Below are positions 1 to 6,023 of a stretch of DNA of 6,023 nt, piece by piece. The notes beneath the pieces are model-generated. The model saw only the letters and a program-made list of their open reading frames with translations, was not told the DNA's origin and did not search any database. Made by a program: the position numbers and the translations under genes. The stretch covers positions 1 to 6,023 of the forward strand of contig NW_021829468.1 of the NCBI RefSeq assembly GCF_006345805.1, read 5' to 3'. Positions within the stretch are counted from its first letter, which is position 1; each line of letters begins with the position of its first letter. The DNA is from Octopus sinensis. Its lineage: Eukaryota.

Positions 1-110
1 TGTTTGTATATATATATATATAAATATACATATATACATATATACATATACACACACATATATATATATGTGTGTGTGTGTATATATACATATATATGTA
101 CACTTTATAT
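1..110. repeat. Compound (TA)n/(CA)n/(TG)n microsatellite
   Basis: Directly visible; includes the 28-bp self-complementary run ACACACACATATATATATATGTGTGTGT at 50-77. Confidence 0.95.
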
Positions 111-230
111 GTGGATTAACAAGCATCAAAGAGTATAGGTTCGAAACGTCAATGACTTTTCCATTCTTCCCGAGTGTCAATTAATACACATGCTTGTTGT
201 TTCCTCACCTGTCTTCATCTTTTATTTTCT
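111..230 (+). mobile_element. Possible Penelope-like element terminal-repeat fragment
   Basis: Non-repetitive island with CGAAACGTC (142-150), a motif typical of Penelope-like element termini, followed by a pyrimidine-rich end. Family assignment is from memory only. Confidence 0.3.
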
Positions 231-252
231 GTATATATATGTATATATATAT

Positions 253-283
<31 letters not shown>

Positions 284-309
284 CTATATATATATACATT
301 ACTGCAATG

Positions 310-350
<41 letters not shown>

Positions 351-735
351 TGTATATATATGTATGTATGTATATATCTATCTATCTATTATCTATCTAT
401 ATCTATGTATGTATATGTATATATATTGTGTGTATATATATATATATTTATATATATGTGTATATATATGTATATATGTGTGTGTGTGTGTGTGAGTGTA
501 TATATATGGATACAAAGGTATACAAAATACAGAGAAATATATCTTTAAGTATATATTCATATGTATGTGCACACGCATGTATGTATATCTATGTGTGTGT
601 TGTATATATATATAAACATATACATGTATTTACATACATATGTATATCATGGTGTATATATATATATTTATTTATATATGTATGTATTTATACGTATGTG
701 TATTTACAAACACACACACATGCAAATATATATAC
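231..735. repeat. Long compound microsatellite: (TA)n, (TATG)n, (TATC)n, (TG)n, (CA)n
   Basis: Directly visible; source of the YI/CV/HT-rich pseudo-ORFs. Confidence 0.95.
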
Positions 736-1074
736 ATAAAACCAACAGAATCCCTGATAATATCTCTGCATCATCTCCTCTTTTCCACACCAACCATGGC
801 CCGCCTGAAAAATTGCATCTTCTTATTCCAAAACATTTGTTATCTTTACCAAACCAGAATTCTGGTTTCATTAATTTTATTAGAAAATCCTCTGCCCCAC
901 CCTATGAAGCTGTCACCTCTAATCTCATTATTTATATTTCTTATACATCTCCATCATGACTGGTTCTGTAATTTTCTAAAGTATTCATTCATTTACTTAT
1001 ATGCAAGTGTACATGTATATTTGTCTGTGTTTTTCTGTGCATATACATGTCTTCACCCCACCACACATATGTTC

Positions 1075-1101
1075 ATATATATATATATATATATATATAT
1101 A

Positions 1102-1137
<36 letters not shown>

Positions 1138-1163
1138 ATAATGATATGATAATAATAATAATA

Positions 1164-1237
<74 letters not shown>
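1075..1237. repeat. (TA)n (1075-1134) running into an imperfect (TAA)n array (1133-1237)
   Basis: Directly visible; the TAA array has a few TGA/TAG variant units. Confidence 0.95.
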
Positions 1238-1238
<1 letters not shown>

Positions 1239-1327
1239 TGAGGGAATATTATTTCAAACTTACAGGGAAAAATTCAAATTTCACAAATTTCACAAATTAC
1301 AATATATATATATATATATATATATAG

Positions 1328-1362
<35 letters not shown>

Positions 1363-1420
1363 TAGAAAAAAACCCCCACCTTTTATCAATTCAATAAGGA
1401 AAAATTAAAGTTATACCATT
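1133..1420 (-). mobile_element. Possible 3' end of a non-LTR retroelement with an (ATT)n tail, interrupted by (TA)n at 1302-1359
   Basis: Same layout as the LINE end at 5728-6023, with a T-rich minus-strand sequence ending in (ATT)n. It resembles an octopus interspersed repeat from memory. No coding remnant; the 1420 boundary is approximate. Confidence 0.3.
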
Positions 1421-1499
1421 TAAAAAATTACATATTATAGAAAGATAATATATAAATAAACATGTAACAATTGATTAAATATATGTGTACATATTAAAT

Positions 1500-1544
1500 A
1501 CAATGTATATATTTGGTAGAATACATATATATATATAAACACAC

Positions 1545-1576
<32 letters not shown>

Positions 1577-1768
1577 AATATAGATATATATGTACGTATA
1601 TATGTGCATGTAAATATGTATATGTAAATATACACATAATTTTAAGTACAAAAATATGTGTATGTTTGCATGTATGCATGAGTGTCTGTGTGTGTATGTA
1701 TATATAAATATCTGTCTTTTCTAGTATTTGTTTTTCTCCTCTCTCTTTCTTTCACTTTCTCCCTTCTC

Positions 1769-1831
<63 letters not shown>

Positions 1832-1999
1832 TTATATGTATGTATATATATATATATATATGTTACATGTATATATTGCAATATCTATCTATTTATCTAT
1901 CTATCTATATGTATTACACACACACATACACATACATACACACACACATGCACACACACACTCACACTCACACACACACACACACGCACACACATACAC
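1500..1999. repeat. Compound microsatellite region incl. (CA)n ~1543-1568, (CT)n 1772-1800, (TA)n 1801-1816, (TG)n 1817-1830, (TATC)n ~1882-1908, (CA)n ~1915-1999
   Basis: Directly visible. Confidence 0.95.
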
Positions 2000-2000
2000 T

Positions 2001-2082
2001 GTCTGGTGCAGTCTATTTTGTCAAACCATCCAACCCAAGCCAGCATGGAAAGAAGACGTTAAACAATGATAATGATGATGAT
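2001..2082 (+). mobile_element. Degenerate 3'-end fragment of a (GAT)n-tailed retroelement (RTE-like LINE or its SINE partner)
   Basis: CTGGTGCAGTCT...GTCAAACCATCCAACCCAAGCCAGCATGGAAAGAAGACGTTAAACAATGATAATGATGATGAT aligns with the 3' end of the TSD-flanked insertion at 5329-5443. Confidence 0.8.
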
Positions 2083-2151
2083 ATATACATACATGTGCAC
2101 ACACACACATCCTTACATATGTACATATGTACATTCATTCCAATATTTCTA

Positions 2152-2257
2152 TGTACGTTTTTCTATGCTTGCATGGGTTAGATGAATGTGTTATTTGAGA
2201 CATTCTTTTACAACTGGATGCCCTTCCTGATGCTAACCCTTACCTGTTTTCCAAGTA
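2152..2257 (-). mobile_element. Second, inverted 3'-region fragment of a related (GAT)n-tailed retroelement family
   Basis: Reverse complement contains GCATCAGGAAGGGCATCCAGTTGTAAAA (cf. GGCATTTGGAAGGGCATCCAGCTATAGAAA at 5277-5306) and CATCTAACCCATGCAAGCATAGAAAAACGT. The tail is eroded. Confidence 0.7.
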
Positions 2258-2378
2258 CATGGTCTCCTATTCTACATGGATCCGGAGATACAAAGTGAGT
2301 GGGGTATTTGTCAACACAAAATACTGACAACATTGCTCACTACTTCATTCAAGTGAGCACACATATAAGTACTGCCAC

Positions 2379-2480
2379 CACACACACACACACACACACA
2401 CACAAACATGCATACATACACACACATACACACACACACATGCATGCACACACACACACACACAGACACAGACACACACA
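2379..2480. repeat. Imperfect (CA)n microsatellite
   Basis: Directly visible; abuts the 3' end of the minus-strand SINE. Confidence 0.95.
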
Positions 2481-2715
2481 AATAAAAAGGGTAAAAATCC
2501 CTTTGGTCATGAATGATCGCGAGATTGCACCTGGAAAGTTCCCGTCCAAGGCACAAGTCCAGGCAAGGTTGTTTATGGAAGACCAGCAGTTGCCCATGCA
2601 TACCAACTTCCCTTCTCCACGCCACCGATGTTATCCATGGGCAAGACAAAGGATGATTCAGCTGGGCACTGGTGACATTGCAACTCATTTCTGCAGCTGA
2701 ATTAACTGGAGCAAC

Positions 2716-2730
2716 AAGAAATAAAGGGTC
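2716..2730 (+). repeat. Left target-site duplication of SINE B (AAGAAATAAAGGGTC)
   Basis: 14/15 identical to AAGAAATAAAGTGTC at 3142-3156. Confidence 0.8.
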
Positions 2731-3141
2731 AAGGCGGCAAGCTGGCAGAAACGTTAGCACACCGAGCGAAATGCTTAGCGGTATTTCGTCTGCCGCTATG
2801 TTCTGAGTTCAAATTCCGCCAAGGTCGACTTTGCCTTTCATCCTTTCGGGGTCAATTAAATAAGTACCAGTTACGCCCTGGGGTCAATATAATTGACTTA
2901 ATCCATTTGTCTGTCCTTGTTTGTCCTCTCTGTGTTTAGCCCCTTGTGGGTAGTAAAGAAATAGGTATTTCGTATGCCGCTGTGTTCTGAGTTCAAATTC
3001 CACCGAGGTCGACTTTGCCTTTCATCCTTTCGGGGTCAATAAATTAAGTACCAGTTACTCACTTGGGTCGATGTAATTGACTTAATCCATTTGTCTGTCC
3101 TTGTTTGTCCCCTCTATGTTTATTGTGGGCAATAAAGAAAT
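2731..3141 (+). mobile_element. tRNA-derived SINE 'B' with a single head and a tandemly duplicated 184-bp body
   Basis: Head GGCGGCAAGCTGGCAGAAACG from 2733; B-box-like GAGTTCAAATTCC at 2805-2817 and again at 2989-3001; units 2780-2963 and 2964-~3142; flanked by direct repeats at 2716-2730 and 3142-3156. Confidence 0.85.
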
Positions 3142-3156
3142 AAGAAATAAAGTGTC
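3142..3156 (+). repeat. Right target-site duplication of SINE B (AAGAAATAAAGTGTC)
   Basis: 14/15 identical to 2716-2730; its first bases overlap the SINE's own AAGAAAT terminal repeat. Confidence 0.8.
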
Positions 3157-3188
3157 TTTTTCAAGAGCACAACATACAGTCTGGTCCA

Positions 3189-3200
3189 GGAATCGAACTC
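3189..3200 (-). promoter_or_regulatory. Pol III B box of SINE A (GAGTTCGATTCC)
   Basis: Matches GTTCRANNC, ~32 nt downstream of the A box. Confidence 0.8.
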
Positions 3201-3232
3201 ACTACTGCATGATAGGGAGCCTGATGCTCTAA

Positions 3233-3243
3233 CCACTGAGCCA
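3233..3243 (-). promoter_or_regulatory. Pol III type-2 A box of SINE A (TGGCTCAGTGG)
   Basis: Matches the TRGCNNAGTGG consensus. Confidence 0.8.
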
Positions 3244-3251
3244 TGCGCCTT

Positions 3252-3450
3252 CACACACACACACACACACACGCACACACACACACACACGCACACACAG
3301 ACAAACACACATATACATACATAATACATACATGTATATAGACCCATACACACATACACACACATACGCGCACGTGCATGTGTGCATGCGTGCATGTGTG
3401 TGTGTTTGTGTACGTATATGCATGTGTATACAAACACATATACATACATA
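3252..3450. repeat. Compound (CA)n/(CATA)n/(TG)n microsatellite
   Basis: Directly visible; 3346-3405 is an unbroken alternating purine-pyrimidine tract. Confidence 0.95.
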
Positions 3451-3827
3451 GTGCTTCTGTGAAAAATTTAGAGTTTTGTAATCTTAAGTAGGTTTTTCCT
3501 ATTAATTTGAAACTTTACAATAGCCAAAAGAAAAAAAATAATAATAAATAAAATCGTAAAGTGAAATAAATAAGTAAATATATAACTACATAAATATGAG
3601 CTGTTTTGAGTAGAGTGAATTTACGAGAATTTATATGTTCTGCGTAGTAACACAACATATATTTTAACATATATTCCAGTCGCCTGCCAATTGTTTTCAT
3701 TAACCTAGTCCGAATGAATAAGAAAGGAATCTAATATGTGTCAAAATTAAGAGTCTTTGGTTCATGTATCTTCACCCTACATCAACAATTTACAAGCTGG
3801 TTGAGGATTTGAAGATTCAGCTAAATA

Positions 3828-3858
3828 CGAGGGTGGGCCGTGAAGTTCATAGGTTGAC
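3828..3858 (+). repeat. Left TIR of the mariner
   Basis: CGAGGGTGGGCCGTGAAGTTCATAGGTTGAC; about 21 of 31 positions match the reverse complement of 5669-5698, with one gap. Confidence 0.85.
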
Positions 3859-4111
3859 TATGAAAAAGTGATCATAGAGCTGTGAAATCTTGCAATGCAT
3901 TTATTTTCAACTCTGCTTATTAATTACTGATTTGTTTCTTTTCAGGGCAAACTGACATCTGACTGTTGTAGTAGTGACTTCTCTTGAAAATGGACAAACT
4001 TTGGCATCATGATATTGTCAAGTACCTGCAGAAAAAGGGTTTAACCCCACCAACGACATTGATGTTAACATGGTTGCTACATTAGGGTATGATGTTCCCG
4101 GTTTATCAGCA

Positions 4112-4570
4112 GGCGTAGGAGTGGCTGTGTGGTAAGTAACTTGCTTACCAACCACGTGGTTCTGGGTTCAGTCCCACTGCGTGGCACCCTGGACAAGTGT
4201 CTTCTACTATAGCCTCAGGCAGACCAAAGCCTTGTGAGTGGATTTGGTAGACGGAAACTGAAAGAAGCCCATTGTATAAATGTATGTGTGTGAGTGTGTG
4301 TGCGCGTGTGCGTGTGTGTGCATGTGTGTATGTGTGTGTGTGCGTGTGTGTGCGTGTGTGTTTGTGTGTCTGTATTTGTCCCACCAACATTACTTGACAA
4401 CCGATGCTGGTGTGTTTATGTCCCCGTAACTTAGTGGTTCAGCAAAAGAGACCGATAGAGTAAGTACTAGGCTTATGAAGAATAAGTTCTGGGGTCAATT
4501 TGCTCAACTAAAGGCGGTGCTCCAGCATGGCCACAGTCAAATGACTGAAACAAGTAAAAGAGTAAAAGAG
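4112..4570 (+). mobile_element. tRNA-derived SINE 'C' with a CORE-like segment, internal (TG)n and an (AGTAAAAG)n tail, inserted in the transposase
   Basis: A-box-like TGGCTGTGTGG 4122-4132; B-box-like GGTTCAGTCCC 4165-4175; CORE-like GGCACCCTGGACAAGTGTCTTCT ~4183-4205; (TG)n ~4281-4370; tail (AGTAAAAG)2AG 4553-4570. The transposase frame resumes when it is removed. Confidence 0.88.
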
Positions 4571-5266
4571 GACAAAAATGGGCAGCTGAATTTAGAAGGA
4601 GAATGGAGAGTCTTGAAGATGACCTAATGTCTGGACTTGAATCAGCTGCCACCACCAAAGAAAACATTGATTGTCTTCACCACATGGTGACAGATGACAG
4701 GCAATTGACTATGAATCAAATAGCCGATTCTATTAGTATATTCTGTACAACGATGAAGGTTTTGCTCAATGGATGTTATCTCTTCTGACACCTGATGAAA
4801 AGTGAACTAGGCTTGTCATGCCATGGGAAAATCTGACATTATTTTAGGTAAATCCTGGCTGGTTTCTTTCAATGTTTCATAACTCACAATGAGGTAGGGT
4901 TCATGATTTGAGCCAGAGACAAAGAGGCAATCCATTCGGTAGAAGCACTTCTCCTCATCTGCTCCAAAGAAGGTCAAGGTTGTTTCATTTGCTGGGAAGG
5001 TCATGGGCTCAGTTTTTTTGGGGGATGCAAAAGGCATTGTGCTTATTTACTATCTTCAAATGGTCCGCACCATTAATGGAGACTATTATGCCAACTTGCT
5101 GAGGCAATTACAAAAAGTTATCAAGACCAAATGCCTAGGAAAACTGATGAAAGGGGCCTTGTTTCATCAGGAAAATGCTCCAGCACATAAGTCCTTGATT
5201 TAAATGGCTACTGTGAGTGACTGATGGCCGTCCCTATTCTTCTGATTTGGCTCCATCTGACTATCA

Positions 5267-5407
5267 CGGAGTGATTGGCATTTGGAAGGGCATCCAGCTA
5301 TAGAAACACTGCCAGATCAGACTGGAGCCTGGTGCAGCCTCCTGGCTTCACAGACCCCGGTCGAATCGTCCAACCCATGCTAGCATGGAAAATGGACATT
5401 AAACGAA

Positions 5408-5443
<36 letters not shown>
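5267..5443 (+). mobile_element. 5'-truncated retro-insertion with a (GAT)12 tail (RTE-like LINE 3' end or RTE-dependent SINE)
   Basis: Flanked by TGACTATCA at 5258-5266 and 5443-5451; (GAT)12 at 5408-5443; the transposase continues in frame on removal. The RTE assignment rests on the short tandem-repeat tail and recalled 3'-UTR similarity. Confidence 0.85.
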
Positions 5444-5445
<2 letters not shown>

Positions 5446-5668
5446 CTATCATCTGTTCCTCAACATGAAAAAACATTTGGTTGGGAGCCAGTATGGCAGT
5501 AGTAATGACTTCACATCTACTGTTGATGACTTTTTTGATCAACAAAATGAAAGCTTCTTCATCAATGGGATCCAAGCACTGAAGCATCAATGGAAGAAAT
5601 GTGTGGATCACAAGGGGCATTCTGTAGAAAAATAACCTCATTTAGTCTAATCCCATAAGAGTATCTTT

Positions 5669-5698
5669 GTCAGCCTATAAACTTTTCAGTAACTCTCA
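5669..5698 (-). repeat. Right TIR of the mariner
   Basis: Reverse complement is TGAGAGTTACTGAAAAGTTTATAGGCTGAC, followed on the plus strand by TA. Confidence 0.85.
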
Positions 5699-5726
5699 TA
5701 TGCTTCCAACTCTCTAACCTCTAACT

Positions 5727-5727
<1 letters not shown>

Positions 5728-5789
<62 letters not shown>
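5728..5789. repeat. (TAA)~20 microsatellite, likely the (ATT)n tail of the adjacent LINE
   Basis: Directly visible and perfect. Confidence 0.95.
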
Positions 5790-5797
<8 letters not shown>

Positions 5798-6023
5798 AAT
5801 TATTGTATACAGTGCTCAGGTGCACCACAACTTGTCAAAAGTGCGTATAAAGCATATGCAGTAATGTATAAATGTCTGGAAAGTGAACAGTGTATGAGTC
5901 AGATACATGCTTGCGTGTGTATGGAGGGGAGAAAATCAGGTGTAGTGTTGGCAAACCTCAGGAAGCATGGAAGTTTTGAAGGATGCAGTGCTCCGACAAC
6001 TAACAACTAATGCCTGCAGTTTG
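5728..6023 (-). mobile_element. 3' end of a CR1/L2-like LINE: ORF2 C-terminus, ~140-nt 3' UTR and (ATT)n tail; continues beyond the window
   Basis: Minus strand 6022-5936 reads KLQALVVSCRSTASFKTSMLPEVCQHYT*, resembling the (WN)xLPxxVVxxxxxxSFK end of CR1/L2-group ORF2 proteins. The UTR and trinucleotide tail follow. Confidence 0.65.

Larger units (their letters stand above)
2481..3254 (-). mobile_element. tRNA-derived SINE 'A' (CORE-like central domain), ~350 bp when rejoined, split by SINE 'B'
   Basis: Minus-strand 5' end GTGAAGGCGCATGGCTCAGTGGTTAGAGC has an A box and a B box GAGTTCGATTCC. Removing 2731-3156 rejoins TTGTGCTCTTGAAAAAGACACTTTATTTCTT|GTTGCTCCAGTTAATTCAGCTG, which resembles the CORE-type motif. 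CORE-SINEs are reported from octopus, but I cannot name the family. Confidence 0.85.
3990..5635 (+). pseudogene. Mariner transposase pseudogene (frameshifts, stops, deletions, two TE insertions)
   Basis: Manual translation across frames: MDKLWHHDIVKYLQKKGLTP/NDIDVNMVATLGYDVPGLSA[SINE]GQKWAAEFRRRMESLEDDLMSG..TTKENID..DDRQLTMNQIADSISI; WMLSLLTP (WVPxxL motif, 4770); THNE (first D read as N, 4888); FEPETKRQS; GDAKGIVLIYYL..TINGDYYANLL; FHQENAPAHKS (second D read as E, 5171); PYSSDLAPSDY (YSPDLAPxD motif, 5235-5264); [insertion] DYHLFLNMKKHL..WKKCVDHKGHSVEK* (TAA 5633-5635). The second-to-third D spacing is 88 nt against 105 nt for DD34D, implying a 17-nt deletion. Confidence 0.93.
3828..5698 (+). 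mobile_element. Decayed full-length mariner-like DNA transposon, probably irritans-subfamily-like
   Basis: TA at 3826-3827 and 5699-5700; imperfect TIRs; transposase remnants. Length without the two insertions is ~1.23 kb, and with the internal deletions restored it is near the canonical ~1.3 kb. The CGAGGG TIR start resembles Hsmar2/irritans-type ends (from memory). Confidence 0.93.

Noticed and set aside
738-830. Possible minus-strand exon after TTTTTCAG (826)
   Set aside because: Weak pyrimidine tract, no convincing donor and no recognisable peptide in any frame.
194-2181. Long ORFs in the track (e.g. 181 aa, 169 aa, 132 aa, 126 aa)
   Set aside because: They are YI/CV/HT/poly-I translations of TA, TG, CA and TAA repeats, which lack stops in some frames. 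No domain signal.
2334-2359. Hairpin TGCTCACT-N10-AGTGAGCA
   Set aside because: An 8-bp stem is expected by chance in 6 kb, and there is no supporting context.
2780-3142. Direct repeats considered as LTRs or a CRISPR-like array
   Set aside because: There are two adjacent 184-bp units with no spacer or internal region, no TG...CA ends and a eukaryotic context.
3180-3254. tRNA-like sequence with good A and B boxes
   Set aside because: It continues into a SINE body and I cannot fold a full cloverleaf with an acceptor stem, so it is a SINE head and not a tRNA gene.
2299-3449. ORFs 2299-2700, 2311-2760, 2349-2606, 3120-3449 and others
   Set aside because: They run through (CA)n tracts and SINE bodies and show no recognisable protein features.
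3301-3450. Direct and inverted repeats and a Z-DNA-prone alternating tract within the CA/TG array
   Set aside because: These arise automatically from adjacent CA and TG repeats; nothing indicates a specific function.
3451-3825. AT-rich unique stretch with candidate acceptors (ATTCCAG at ~3679 on plus; GGACTAG on minus) and a 61-aa minus ORF
   Set aside because: All three plus frames hit stops within ~60 nt of the acceptor and the minus peptides show no homology I recognise. A UTR exon cannot be excluded without RNA data.
4603-5203. ORFs 4603-4788, 4908-5102 and 5003-5203 as possible functional genes or a domesticated transposase
   Set aside because: They are fragments of the broken transposase. 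Two catalytic Asp positions are altered and there are stops, frameshifts, deletions and insertions.
5399-5641. 80-aa minus-strand ORF with poly-Ile
   Set aside because: It is the antisense of the transposase C-terminus plus the (ATC)n tail.

Overview
This is eukaryotic, AT-rich, non-coding DNA made almost entirely of microsatellites and nested transposable-element relics. I recognise the repeat families from memory as octopus-type (coleoid cephalopod), without a database check. The core is a decayed full-length mariner (Tc1/mariner, DD34D-type) at 3828-5698, with TA flanks, ~31-bp TIRs and a transposase pseudogene. It is interrupted by a tRNA-derived SINE (4112-4570) and a 5'-truncated (GAT)n-tailed retro-insertion (5267-5443, 8-9 bp TSD). 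Upstream, a minus-strand tRNA-SINE (2481-3254) is split by a plus-strand SINE with a tandemly duplicated body and a 15-bp TSD. The window ends in the 3' end of a minus-strand CR1/L2-like LINE. No intact host gene or exon is supportable, and the long ORFs at 194-3449 are artefacts of TA/CA/TAA repeats. I see no convincing novel biological system. The observations of interest concern TE nesting, target-site choice, shared 3' RNA hairpins, CpG decay and a possible degenerate hammerhead relic.
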